DNA of 64,000 nt from an uncultured virus (IMG/VR IMGVR_UViG_3300026257_000004) (taxonomy: Duplodnaviria > Heunggongvirae > Uroviricota > Caudoviricetes). The position numbers and the translations under genes were made by a program. Positions 48,281 through 57,430 of the stretch are shown piece by piece; positions within the stretch are counted from its first letter, which is position 1; each line of letters opens with the position of its first letter. The stretch lies in IMG/VR virus record IMGVR_UViG_3300026257_000004; one strand, written 5' to 3'. The notes under the pieces were generated by a model. It worked only from the letters and a program-made list of their open reading frames with translations, had not been told where the DNA came from and ran no database searches.

Positions 48281-48568
48281 ATGCGTAAAGTTCTAGATGG
48301 AATAGCTGTGCTTGCCCTGTTAATTTCAGGGGGTATAGCTGGTGTTGGTGTTTACCTGTATTTGTATGTGACAGATCCTGTAAATCAGGATAAAGCGAAA
48401 GCATATGTCATGGAGCAGGTGACTGGCGCATTACCAGAATTGATCGGTGGTGCCATGCCTTCAATCCCCTCGGTGACAGGTCCTGCCATCCCACCACTAG
48501 TTGGTGGCGATGCTGATGAAAGCTTGCCCTCGGACTTCGCGGTGCCTGAAAAGGTATTCCCCTTCTAA
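48281..48568 (+). CDS. Membrane-anchored cyanophage protein
   Basis: N-terminal TM helix; Pro-rich tail. Confidence 0.7.
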   Translation: MRKVLDGIAVLALLISGGIAGVGVYLYLYVTDPVNQDKAKAYVMEQVTGALPELIGGAMPSIPSVTGPAIPPLVGGDADESLPSDFAVPEKVFPF

Positions 48569-49071
48569 TGGGAGCTATAACGCCTCCCAGCAGAATCAGT
48601 TGCTGGAACTATCGAGTTAAAGCGGTCGTCAAAATTGTCGACGGTGACACCCTCGACTGCGAATTCGATCTAGGTTTTGGCATTACTAAGACGGAACGAG
48701 TCCGTGTTGCAGGCGTTGATACCCCAGAGAAACGAACACGAGACCTAGAGGAGAAAGCGCTTGGCATCGACGCAACCGAGTGGCTCACGGCGAAATTGGA
48801 CCCTGTTACTAGCGGCACTTCTAACCTGTTCATTAGGACTCAACTTGACGGTGGGATTGGCAAGTATGGCCGCGTTCTGGGCTGGCTCTACCTTGACGAA
48901 GAGGGAATGTCCCTGAACGAGATGATGATCCAGGAGGGGTATGCCTGGGAGTACGACGGTGGTACTAAGGACAAGGACCTGGAATCATTGAGAGTTATTC
49001 GTCGATCCAAAGGCACTCTTGTTGAGGTCGAAGACGAGCCCAGTTTGGAAGAGGCATTAATCTCTCTTTAA
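48568..49071 (+). CDS. Thermonuclease (SNase family)
   Basis: VDGDT, RVAGVDTPE, GKYGRVLG, LNE.MI.EGYA. Confidence 0.92.
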   Translation: MGAITPPSRISCWNYRVKAVVKIVDGDTLDCEFDLGFGITKTERVRVAGVDTPEKRTRDLEEKALGIDATEWLTAKLDPVTSGTSNLFIRTQLDGGIGKYGRVLGWLYLDEEGMSLNEMMIQEGYAWEYDGGTKDKDLESLRVIRRSKGTLVEVEDEPSLEEALISL

Positions 49072-49077
49072 TTAGTC

Positions 49078-49842
49078 ATGCCGACTATTCCAGGTATCGG
49101 CATTAATCAGGTCGATATCGGCATCAACGAGATTGGCATTCCTGATGTCGATATCCCATTGCTTGAGAATTGGCTGACGTCGCCTACAGGTGCGCTACCA
49201 GAGGCGCCTCCTGTGACGGTGATCATAGGGACACCGGTCGTGGAGGTCCCTGGATGCGTTAGGGCTCATAGAGAATCCAGTAAATCCAAGATCCTCAGAG
49301 ATGATGACCCTCGTGGCGTTCAAATTCTTTGTGACGGCAACATGCCGTTCTTCGATCCACTGATTTATAGCCCTGAGGAACTGGTCTTCACTACCCCAGC
49401 AGAGGTTCCGAAGGTCAACCCCGGCGAGCCAGAGAAGCCAGAACCAGCGAAGCCTGAGATTCCAGCAGCAGCGGCACCGCCAGTCTTGCCGTGCCCCCTA
49501 CCTGGATCACTGCCCATTGGCTCCAAGAACAAGAGCCAGACGGCAATTATTCTTGGCTATGAGATCAAGGACGGCAAGTGCGTTGCTATCGAGGAGCGGC
49601 TACCTGTTGTCGAGATAATTAATAATCAGCTGCCAGAAGTACCTGTTGTAGTGACGACAGCAACTATTGCCTTGGTGGCAACGACAGCGGCGGTCCTAGC
49701 AAAGCCCCTTGGTGACTATCTGTTGAAACTGATAAAGCCGACAATAAAGAAGGTTGTAAAGAAGATTGCGGCGATTCGAGGGAAGACAAAGATTCTTTCG
49801 ACTGCACAGAAACGGGCTGAGCAGCGGAGTCTTCGGAAGTAG
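49078..49842 (+). CDS. Pro-rich cyanophage protein with C-terminal TM and basic tail
   Basis: GCV.AH, CD..MP.F.P, TATIALVATTAA. Confidence 0.75.
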   Translation: MPTIPGIGINQVDIGINEIGIPDVDIPLLENWLTSPTGALPEAPPVTVIIGTPVVEVPGCVRAHRESSKSKILRDDDPRGVQILCDGNMPFFDPLIYSPEELVFTTPAEVPKVNPGEPEKPEPAKPEIPAAAAPPVLPCPLPGSLPIGSKNKSQTAIILGYEIKDGKCVAIEERLPVVEIINNQLPEVPVVVTTATIALVATTAAVLAKPLGDYLLKLIKPTIKKVVKKIAAIRGKTKILSTAQKRAEQRSLRK

Positions 49843-50644
49843 GCACGGTGTGGCGGTGCTGAGGCATGCCACTCGGCGGTGTTCTGACCACAACGTCAGC
49901 ACAAACTGAGAAGTAGGGGGATTTGGGATGGAAAAATATTCCAGCCTTTTTCAGCTCTCCACAGTGGCGAAGTCTTGCCACCTCAAAGTCAAGTCGCTTG
50001 TTTGCTAGTAGTTGTTTCTTGAAATTAGTTTGAGCGTCAGCCGCCTCCTTGCAACGCCTTTGTAATCCGCCATCGAGAGGAAAACTTACAGTCGCACTCA
50101 GCCCAGCACTCCACGAATGAGAGTCCTTCTGCCCTGTTCTAGTTGGGACGTTGTAAAGGATTTTCCCAGGCTCGTCAACTACGCCATCATCGTCAGCATC
50201 TAGCGCTGAATAGACAGGAGAATCGTAGTAGTCCTCATAAGGAAGTGAGTAACTTAAGGCTCTAGTGATATACGGCGTAATGTTTAACGTTGGGCCCTGG
50301 CAGGAGACACCGTCTCCATAGGAATTGTTGATATAGGGGCCTTGTAATACTTGGATTGCCTGATTAGTGACGGACCCAGAAGAAGTGGCCACAGGATTAG
50401 CGGTGGCAGAGACACCGCCAACATCACCATTAGCGCGTGCAGGTTGGGGTAATAACGCAAGGATTGAGAGAATTATTGCTGGAAGACAGAAGTTGTCTCT
50501 GTGATTGATTCTATCGCGGTGGTTCTTTCTATTCGAGTGACTTGTGAAAGTCCGGGGCCAGAGTAAGTTTCCGTGAACTGGAATGCGGCCCCTGGATTTA
50601 CTATTGACCAGTTTGGTTTTTGTGAAATATTGAGTCCAGTCCAT
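49664..50644 (-). CDS. Exported cyanophage protein (true start uncertain)
   Basis: Internal signal peptide IILSILALLPQPARA; SATANP...GSVTNQAIQVLQG; Cys-containing C-terminus. Confidence 0.7.
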   Translation of the reverse strand: MDWTQYFTKTKLVNSKSRGRIPVHGNLLWPRTFTSHSNRKNHRDRINHRDNFCLPAIILSILALLPQPARANGDVGGVSATANPVATSSGSVTNQAIQVLQGPYINNSYGDGVSCQGPTLNITPYITRALSYSLPYEDYYDSPVYSALDADDDGVVDEPGKILYNVPTRTGQKDSHSWSAGLSATVSFPLDGGLQRRCKEAADAQTNFKKQLLANKRLDFEVARLRHCGELKKAGIFFHPKSPYFSVCADVVVRTPPSGMPQHRHTVPTSEDSAAQPVSVQSKESLSSLESPQSSLQPSLLSALSVSTDSHQGALLGPPLSLPPRQ

Positions 50645-50901
50645 GTCGATTTAATCCCATTATTATTTTGGGTTGATTGGCTAACTGCAGAGGGACTTAA
50701 TGAGCCGCCAGAGGGCTGTACGTTTGTACCGGTAACAGAATATTGCCAACCTGTCGCATAGTCTATTGAAACTATATTCTCGGTAACGTTTGTCGTTTGC
50801 TCTGTTCTTGACGACATTTGTCCCTGAGAAAAATTGGGAACAATAGGAACCGCTTCAGCAGGGGCTGCGAAAAGAAATATAAGTAGGATTAATCTTTTCA
50901 A
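50473..50901 (-). CDS. Exported beta-rich protein
   Basis: Signal peptide AEA-VPIVPNF. Confidence 0.75.
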   Translation of the reverse strand: MKRLILLIFLFAAPAEAVPIVPNFSQGQMSSRTEQTTNVTENIVSIDYATGWQYSVTGTNVQPSGGSLSPSAVSQSTQNNNGIKSTWTGLNISQKPNWSIVNPGAAFQFTETYSGPGLSQVTRIERTTAIESITETTSVFQQ

Positions 50902-51005
50902 TACGGGTGATTTGGGTGGGAATTCTCAAAGGCTAGCCTTACTAAATAGCCGAGCAAAACTAGAATTATGAAAATGGCAATGATGTTTAATAGGAGCAGC
51001 ATTAG

Positions 51006-51515
51006 TCATTTAACAGTGATTTCGGAGACGAACTGGCCTGTGGCCGTGGTGCCAGCTCCTCCCGCTGTAACACTAACAAGTCCAGCCGATGTAATCGTCC
51101 CCGCGAGATTGCCTGCGACCCCGCCACTTTGCGTCGTAACCACGCCGAAAGCCGGCATATCTGCCACAACTCCGCTAGCAACATCTACGCCTGAGCCGAT
51201 AGCAGGGACTGCATCTCCTTGAACCCATCCCTCGGAAAAACTGAAGGCACTGCCCGAAGTATTCAAATCGTAAGTTCCGACTTTCATCGTCGCTGCGGCT
51301 GTTGCTGAACCAGCCGTTAATCCGCCGAACACGGAGTTATTGGCCGCACTTACTCTGATGTTATTGCCGGACACGGAATAAGTACTTCCAATACGCTGAG
51401 CCTGAGTCGCTGCACCGTCAACAGAGAGCTGAGTTGATGTTGAGAGACGATGAGTTATGTCGGCTTGTACTGGCCCCGCAGCCAAGAGCAATAATGCCCC
51501 AAGCATCCACTTCAT
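51006..51515 (-). CDS. Exported Gly/Ala/Thr-rich protein
   Basis: Signal peptide VQA-DITHRLS. Confidence 0.75.
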   Translation of the reverse strand: MKWMLGALLLLAAGPVQADITHRLSTSTQLSVDGAATQAQRIGSTYSVSGNNIRVSAANNSVFGGLTAGSATAAATMKVGTYDLNTSGSAFSFSEGWVQGDAVPAIGSGVDVASGVVADMPAFGVVTTQSGGVAGNLAGTITSAGLVSVTAGGAGTTATGQFVSEITVK

Positions 51516-51554
51516 GTTCTTGATGCAATAGTTATTTACTTCATGCTATCTAAA

Positions 51555-51761
51555 TCACAAATAAGCCTTAGAGATATTAGTAGCAAAGCCTATCAATGTA
51601 ACTCCAGCTGCGATAACTGCAGCTACTGAGATTACCCATTTCTCTACAGCTTTGAGTCGCTCACGTAGCTCCTCTTGCTTCTCTTCTAAGCGTTCAATCT
51701 TAAGCGCTTGAACAACTAGCCGAGTTTCCTGTGTGGCATCAATTGATAGTGGATCGGTCAT
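51555..51761 (-). CDS. Coiled-coil + TM small protein
   Basis: Coil followed by C-terminal TM helix. Confidence 0.7.
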   Translation of the reverse strand: MTDPLSIDATQETRLVVQALKIERLEEKQEELRERLKAVEKWVISVAAVIAAGVTLIGFATNISKAYL

Positions 51762-52216
51762 GATTCTGCTGGTGGTTTTTGATCAACAACTTGTGCTCCG
51801 AGAATTTTAATCGGAGTTTCAATCCTTATTGTTTGATACGTACCGCTTTGAGTGGCCATTGCAGTCTCCATTTCCGCCTTGGTCATGGGCTTATCTTTCT
51901 CCTCAACTTGATAAGTTCCATCGCCCTTTTTGCTGCCAGATTTTTCTAATCCAAAACTGGCAAGTCCTCCCGCGAGCAAACTCGCAGGGAAAGTTATATC
52001 CTGTTTTTCACCATTAGTTAGACCAGGTATCTGGATATAGTTAAGCGTCACAATACCGCCGCTCCAGACAACAACAAGGAGCCTGACGAGTACGCTTATA
52101 TATTCAAATTGCTCCTCCTTATCATTTAGCTTTTCTTTTAGATTCGCGATAAGGCCTTTCTTCTTAGGCTCATCGTTATCCCCTTTGATCGGTTGACGCT
52201 CTGCAGCTGCATTCAT
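51758..52216 (-). CDS. Two-TM membrane protein
   Basis: LVRLLVVVWSG; DITFPASLLAGGLASFG. Confidence 0.7.
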   Translation of the reverse strand: MNAAAERQPIKGDNDEPKKKGLIANLKEKLNDKEEQFEYISVLVRLLVVVWSGGIVTLNYIQIPGLTNGEKQDITFPASLLAGGLASFGLEKSGSKKGDGTYQVEEKDKPMTKAEMETAMATQSGTYQTIRIETPIKILGAQVVDQKPPAES

Positions 52217-52273
52217 TCCTAGAGTTAAGGCAACTGAGATTAATAATAGTCACTTATTCTTGGCAAAGATAAC

Positions 52274-52462
52274 ATGCTTGGATTCTTATTATCGACTACC
52301 ATTGCAACAGCTTCGCCACCTATTCTTAGCTGCGAAGACTTCCATTGGTTAACGCACGATCTCACTGAGTTAGGTATACCCACTTCGACACGAATTGACA
52401 TCTGGCTAAAGATCTCCAAAGGAACAGATCCCAGCTGTTTTGAAATTAAACAAGACGAATGA
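52274..52462 (+). CDS. Small exported protein
   Basis: Signal peptide; two Cys. Confidence 0.6.
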   Translation: MLGFLLSTTIATASPPILSCEDFHWLTHDLTELGIPTSTRIDIWLKISKGTDPSCFEIKQDE

Positions 52463-53133
52463 AAAAGTTATTAGCTGCATTTATTGCCGCCCTCTGTATT
52501 GCTAGCCCTGTACAGGCCGCAGACCCTGAGATCAAATCTTGGAAGACATATCATTCCCTTGGGTGCTTGTTACTGAAAGAATGCACCGATGGAGTTGACA
52601 GAATAAGAAGCTCTTCCGATTTAGCCGGTCATTTCACGGCATTCGAGGACAAGGGCACTAGATCCGAATTCGATGAGCTGGTTCTGGCGCTGAACATGAG
52701 TGGAGTGGGCGTATATATCGCCGATGAGAAATATTTTCCAGATGGCACCCGTGGCTCATATCACACTCCATCGAATAATTTCTTCTTAAATAAGTATTAC
52801 GCTCAGTACCCGCATGTTGCGATTACTGTTATCCGTCATGAAGGCTGGCATGCAGCGCAAGACTGCATGGCTGGAACTATTGATAACTCGATGCTTGCAA
52901 TTATCCATAACGAGGAAGATATTCCCGGCGTATGGCGAGTGATAGCAGCGTCTACTTATGACAAGTCCCCACTGCCCTGGGAACAGGAAGCATTATGGGC
53001 CGGTCATACCCCACACATGACAGCCAAAGCCCTGATGGCTTGTGCTCGAGGTCAGATGTGGGAGGTATACACTCCTACGCCAATGACAAAGGAATGGCTA
53101 ATCGATAATGGATACATTGAGCCCAAGGTTTAA
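52459..53133 (+). CDS. Exported zincin-like metallopeptidase
   Basis: Signal peptide; RHEGWHAAQDC (HExxH) and E.EA. Confidence 0.78.
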   Translation: MKKLLAAFIAALCIASPVQAADPEIKSWKTYHSLGCLLLKECTDGVDRIRSSSDLAGHFTAFEDKGTRSEFDELVLALNMSGVGVYIADEKYFPDGTRGSYHTPSNNFFLNKYYAQYPHVAITVIRHEGWHAAQDCMAGTIDNSMLAIIHNEEDIPGVWRVIAASTYDKSPLPWEQEALWAGHTPHMTAKALMACARGQMWEVYTPTPMTKEWLIDNGYIEPKV

Positions 53134-53139
53134 TAATTC

Positions 53140-53229
53140 ATGGGTTCAATCTTCTTTATTTATAGCTTTATCTTCTTACTTACAATCGGAATGCATGTCA
53201 CTTGGCCGGTTAAACGGAATCGTTTCTAA
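53140..53229 (+). CDS. 29-aa membrane peptide (not in track)
   Basis: MGSIFFIYSFIFLLTIGMHVTWPVKRNRF. Confidence 0.45.
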   Translation: MGSIFFIYSFIFLLTIGMHVTWPVKRNRF

Positions 53230-53789
53230 GCGATTTGGTCTGAATAATATTCAAACATCTCCTTAGCATCCCCCAGCTCTGGCACTGCACCGACGAAACG
53301 GTCAAGGTGGAATCTGCCAGCTTCACCTATCTCTTCTGCTTCTAGTGCGGCTTGGCGGTTTAGGCCTGGAACAAATCTCTTCGCATACCATTCGCCTGTC
53401 TTATTGCCATAGTCTGCGGCATCTTGGATCCCGTCCCCTGTGGGCACGAATGGAATAGCAGCCTCTGCCCTGGCCGCATCGGTTTGATCTTGGTCCCATG
53501 CCGCCCTGGCCTCTACCAGTTCATTGGATGGCGCTACCGCCGCAGTCTCGCCGCCGCCCCCAGCCTCTGCCACTTTCTGTCGATACCAATCCCCAACAGC
53601 TTTAACTTCTGCATCGGAATCAACCTGCCCATCAGTGACCTCCTCGGCACCTTGATTCCATGCGCGCTCATTAGCTTCAGGAATCTCGGCCATCATGGCG
53701 TCCTCCCAACGCCCCTTGATTCGTCCGAGCCTATGTTTATCAGTTCTCTCGAATATTAGAGAACCTGCAGGATTGTGATTGTTGGCCAT
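53226..53789 (-). CDS. Tandem paralogue 3 (shared C-terminal domain)
   Basis: PFVPTGDG...FEYYSDQI. Confidence 0.75.
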   Translation of the reverse strand: MANNHNPAGSLIFERTDKHRLGRIKGRWEDAMMAEIPEANERAWNQGAEEVTDGQVDSDAEVKAVGDWYRQKVAEAGGGGETAAVAPSNELVEARAAWDQDQTDAARAEAAIPFVPTGDGIQDAADYGNKTGEWYAKRFVPGLNRQAALEAEEIGEAGRFHLDRFVGAVPELGDAKEMFEYYSDQIA

Positions 53790-53828
53790 TATCTATAAGG
53801 AAGATCTCGTTAAATGCATGTTAATTAA

Positions 53829-54515
53829 TCAACCTATCTGGTCGGAATAATATTCAAATGCTTCTTTTGCGTCTCCAAGCTGTGGCACATCGCCAACGAA
53901 TCGAGCCAGATTGAATGCGCCAGATTGACCCATCTCCTCTGCCTCTAATGCGGCCTGTCGGTTCAAGCTTGGAACGAATCTCTTCGCATACCACTCACCT
54001 GTTTTATTGCCGTAATCCGCTGCATCTCCTACTCCATCACCTGTAGGAATAAAAGGAATAGCCGCTTCGCCCCGTGCTGCATCAGTTTGGTCTTTATCCC
54101 ATTCCGACCTGGCCTCTAACAATCTCTCTCGAGGCTGGACAACCGTTGGCTCTTGAGCTTGCCCTTGTCCTTGTCCTTTTCGGACGGCCAGGTCAGCCCA
54201 GTCGCCATACTCGCTATCAAGGTCTTGAACGCGAACATCAAAACCTTTTGACCGCCATTCTTCGGCGAGCCTCTGCATCTCCTCTCTAGTCCCAGCCTTT
54301 CTGTTGTCGAGACTGGTTACAGTTCGCCAGGCGCCGTCATCGTCAACATCAGAATCTCCCTTTGAAAGTGATTCGTACCGTTGCGAGTATTCAGCATCAG
54401 CTGCCCCAGTACCTTTAATCTGCTGAGCCTGATTTCCCTTGATCCACGATTCCGCCCATGGAACTTCACCTTGGGGGTGACCAGACAACCATCCAGGTTC
54501 GTAAAAGCTAGACAT
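53829..54515 (-). CDS. Tandem paralogue 2 (shared C-terminal domain)
   Basis: PFIPTGDG...FEYYSDQI. Confidence 0.75.
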   Translation of the reverse strand: MSSFYEPGWLSGHPQGEVPWAESWIKGNQAQQIKGTGAADAEYSQRYESLSKGDSDVDDDGAWRTVTSLDNRKAGTREEMQRLAEEWRSKGFDVRVQDLDSEYGDWADLAVRKGQGQGQAQEPTVVQPRERLLEARSEWDKDQTDAARGEAAIPFIPTGDGVGDAADYGNKTGEWYAKRFVPSLNRQAALEAEEMGQSGAFNLARFVGDVPQLGDAKEAFEYYSDQIG

Positions 54516-54521
54516 AATTAA

Positions 54522-55361
54522 TTAAGCAATTTTATCTGAGTAGTACTCAAAGAGTTCCTTTGCATCTCCGAGTTCAGGAACTTTGCCCATAAATCTATTC
54601 AGCGCGAACGCTCCTGCTTGTCCTATCTCGTGAGCCTCTAGATCTGCTTGAGCGTTGAGATCGGGGACAAATCTCGTAGCAAAGTCAAACCCAGTAGCGT
54701 TTCCATAATTGGCCGCGTCTTGTATGCCGTCACCGGTAGGGACAAAAGGAACTGCGCCCTCTCCTCGGCGGGACTGGTATTGATCCCATTTATTTCTCGC
54801 AGCTGTAGTTTCAGCAGTGGCCGTGTCGATTGGCGGTGGAGCGGGCTCTGCCTCTACTGCTGCTACCGGCTCATCCTTTGCCACAGGGTCATGTGTATAT
54901 GTCCTTGTAAAGACATCCCATTTAGTGGTTGACGGGCTGTTAGGGCCGTAAGTGGTCCAGCTTTTATTCTCGATATTTGATATCGGAGCACTGGCGAATT
55001 CGCCCTCATACCATTCATCCCTCCCTTTCCCCATGCGGGATATCATGTCTTTCCCGCCAGTCGATTGCTTAAAGCTCGTCCTAAGGCGCCCGCTAGAATC
55101 TTTTGTCTGAGTTAATCCACCCTTGTTGTATTTATTGGCCAGTTCCTGTGCAGCGCTGTCTAGAACTGCATTGTTCTGGTGCAGGGCTCTGGCAATGTAT
55201 CGAGTTAGGTCTGATTTTTTGTTAGGAACTAGATATCCCTTGGTCTTGCCGAAAGCCTTGTCTAGCGATTCATAGTCGCTCTTACTGAATCTTCCGTCAG
55301 AGGCGAGATCAGTAGCTTTCTTATAAAGTTCCTCACGACGTTTATCGTATTTACTCCCCAT
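54522..55361 (-). CDS. Tandem paralogue 1 (shared C-terminal domain)
   Basis: PFVPTGDG...FEYYSDKI. Confidence 0.75.
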   Translation of the reverse strand: MGSKYDKRREELYKKATDLASDGRFSKSDYESLDKAFGKTKGYLVPNKKSDLTRYIARALHQNNAVLDSAAQELANKYNKGGLTQTKDSSGRLRTSFKQSTGGKDMISRMGKGRDEWYEGEFASAPISNIENKSWTTYGPNSPSTTKWDVFTRTYTHDPVAKDEPVAAVEAEPAPPPIDTATAETTAARNKWDQYQSRRGEGAVPFVPTGDGIQDAANYGNATGFDFATRFVPDLNAQADLEAHEIGQAGAFALNRFMGKVPELGDAKELFEYYSDKIA

Positions 55362-55401
55362 CGCAATCTGGCTAAAGATACTGTCTTGTAACAGTTTAGC
55401 T

Positions 55402-56115
55402 TTAGTTAACTTCGTCTTCTACCGCAACTTCTTCATCCTCCAAGTATTGAGAGGCGAACGCTTTAGAGTCGAGTGGGCCATCTGAGTGAAGGCGAAAATC
55501 AATCCAAAGCTTGTTATTCTTTTCGATCCGTGAAAAGTTCTTTGGATCCTTCTCACGAGTTGTTTCCAGAAACGATTGCGTCTCATGAATAAGTTTATGA
55601 GAGCTGAATTCCAGATCGACAAGTTGTAGGTGTCGATTGTGGAAATAATGAGGCACGCCCTTTATGCGTATATGTAGGGGATTACAGCAGTTATTGTTTC
55701 CGCAAATGTGCTTAATAGGGAGTCTGCCAATATCACCCCACGTAAACCAAGTAGCAACTCGCGGACTGCTGTACTGACGTCCCTTGTTCCAGTGCCGTGG
55801 AATAGGGAAATAGCTGGAGTTAGCACGAGAATGCATCTGTCCTCTCCAAGGCCAGCATTCGTCTGGGTCTCCAGTTTTGATCTCTACGAAAGACCAGAAC
55901 TCCAGGAATCTGCGTCGATAGGTTTTATGGATTCGATGAACATCGAGAGTCAGCCTGCCCTCTGTTAATGAGCTAATGCATCTGACGCATGCATGGCTGT
56001 CGTCATAGCGCGGCACCCTGCCATCTTTCGAGCCGATCGAGTGTTCGGCGAAAGGACAGAGAGGCCCGCCCTCTATTCGAGTGTGCAGGTCAGGCGGAAG
56101 AGGCCATTGAGCCAT
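55402..56115 (-). CDS. His-Me finger (HNH-type) endonuclease-like protein
   Basis: DECWPWRG...HICGNNNCCNPLHI; N-terminal C..H...CVRC. Confidence 0.75.
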   Translation of the reverse strand: MAQWPLPPDLHTRIEGGPLCPFAEHSIGSKDGRVPRYDDSHACVRCISSLTEGRLTLDVHRIHKTYRRRFLEFWSFVEIKTGDPDECWPWRGQMHSRANSSYFPIPRHWNKGRQYSSPRVATWFTWGDIGRLPIKHICGNNNCCNPLHIRIKGVPHYFHNRHLQLVDLEFSSHKLIHETQSFLETTREKDPKNFSRIEKNNKLWIDFRLHSDGPLDSKAFASQYLEDEEVAVEDEVN

Positions 56116-56121
56116 TTGATA

Positions 56122-56379
56122 TCAGCCGATTTTCACGATCCGATTCCTCATGTGTTTTGACGGAGTCTTCAGTCCGTCCCAAACGACGTAGACAAACTCC
56201 ATCCGACTACCTCTTTTATTGATCTCTGTTTCAACTCGTTCAACGCGACCGGTGCGTGGCTTGCGATTGCCAATGTTCTTATCCAGTGATGTCGCTTGGA
56301 ATTTCATCCTGGCTCGTTCACTGACGCGATCTCCAACATGGAAAGGATGTAGCTCCGAGGCAAGAACGTTATTAGTCAT
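56122..56379 (-). CDS. Small SH3/KOW-like protein
   Basis: FHVGDRV...G.V...VYVVWD. Confidence 0.65.
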   Translation of the reverse strand: MTNNVLASELHPFHVGDRVSERARMKFQATSLDKNIGNRKPRTGRVERVETEINKRGSRMEFVYVVWDGLKTPSKHMRNRIVKIG

Positions 56380-56615
56380 GTGAAGAGAGGGAAGCCTTTT
56401 GGAGGTATGTACTCACCACCTAATGCCGTGAATTGCTGTGCTAGTGGCAACAATTGAACTTGTGTCACCGGCCACAGCTCGTAACGAGTTGATTGCTCAA
56501 CGGCTACTGGCAGTAGGGCCTTGTTCCAGCCTGTTCCCTGCACGCGGCCAACCACGAAACCATTCCGCTCATCAGGAGCATGGGTCACGCGATGGCCAAG
56601 CTGGAAATCAGACAT
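56376..56615 (-). CDS. Small SH3-like protein
   Basis: FQLGHRV...GFVVG. Confidence 0.6.
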   Translation of the reverse strand: MSDFQLGHRVTHAPDERNGFVVGRVQGTGWNKALLPVAVEQSTRYELWPVTQVQLLPLAQQFTALGGEYIPPKGFPLFT

Positions 56616-56665
56616 TCATGCAAGACGTGGTAAGCAGCTTGTTAATACCTATCTAGAAATAGATA

Positions 56666-57175
56666 TCAATGCAAGGGCTGTTCTTCTTCTATTGCTGGGT
56701 TTATTGGTCCGCTCATCGGGATCCGTGAGACTGAGACGCCTGCCTCAACAAACATCTCGCGGGCTTTGCTAAATGAGTCCTGCCATCTAATTGGCTCTAC
56801 GAAATCTGGTACAACAATCTGCGTGACATCTGCTTGTATTAAAAGCGCAGCACAATTACTACAAGTAAATAGTGGCCAGACATAAACAGTTGACCCTGCT
56901 AAGCATATACCAGCCCTCGCTGCATATGCTACGCAATTTTGCTCAGCATGTATTGTCATTGCGAGTCTAGTCTCGCGATTTTTCAATCGAGCATCTGAAT
57001 CCGTGACGCCAGATGGTAATCCATTAAACCCTGTAGCGAGTATTCTCCTGTCTCGTACTGCAACAGCTCCGACCTTAGTGCTTGGATCTTTACTCCAACT
57101 AGCTACATGTGAGGCTATAACTAGAAATCTTTGAGACCAATCCTTGGGGGCTTTAGGCGCTTTTATATTGTCCAT
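56666..57175 (-). CDS. dCMP deaminase (cytidine/deoxycytidylate deaminase family)
   Basis: SKDPSTKVGAV, GFNG, HAEQN, CSNC. Confidence 0.92.
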   Translation of the reverse strand: MDNIKAPKAPKDWSQRFLVIASHVASWSKDPSTKVGAVAVRDRRILATGFNGLPSGVTDSDARLKNRETRLAMTIHAEQNCVAYAARAGICLAGSTVYVWPLFTCSNCAALLIQADVTQIVVPDFVEPIRWQDSFSKAREMFVEAGVSVSRIPMSGPINPAIEEEQPLH

Positions 57176-57215
57176 ACTTTTAGAATGGGTATCAAAGCAA
57201 GCATAGTTTTAAGTA

Positions 57216-57428
57216 GTGCTCGAAGCATCAGTTCTCATTGCATTGGCCGGAGTTGGCGCACTCTGGCGGATGGCTTATGAGCAGGGAAGTATGAAGCGAG
57301 GAATGGATAGCATCATCAAAGAAATCCAAATGTTGAGAGCGGAAGTTCACGACGATATCCGTGGCCTGTCGAAGAATCTTGAGGACCACGAGCACCGCCT
57401 TAGAGCTATAGAAAATCGCAGGCGGTAA
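57216..57428 (+). CDS. Small TM + coiled-coil protein (holin-like)
   Basis: N-terminal TM helix, DHEHRLRAIE tail; TAGAAT 35 nt upstream. Confidence 0.6.
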   Translation: MLEASVLIALAGVGALWRMAYEQGSMKRGMDSIIKEIQMLRAEVHDDIRGLSKNLEDHEHRLRAIENRRR

Positions 57429-57430
57429 GA

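Noticed and set aside
50961..51222. TAGAAT followed by ORF 50968-51222 (+)
   Set aside because: Shadow of the exported gene 51006-51515; the box may drive antisense RNA but there is no support
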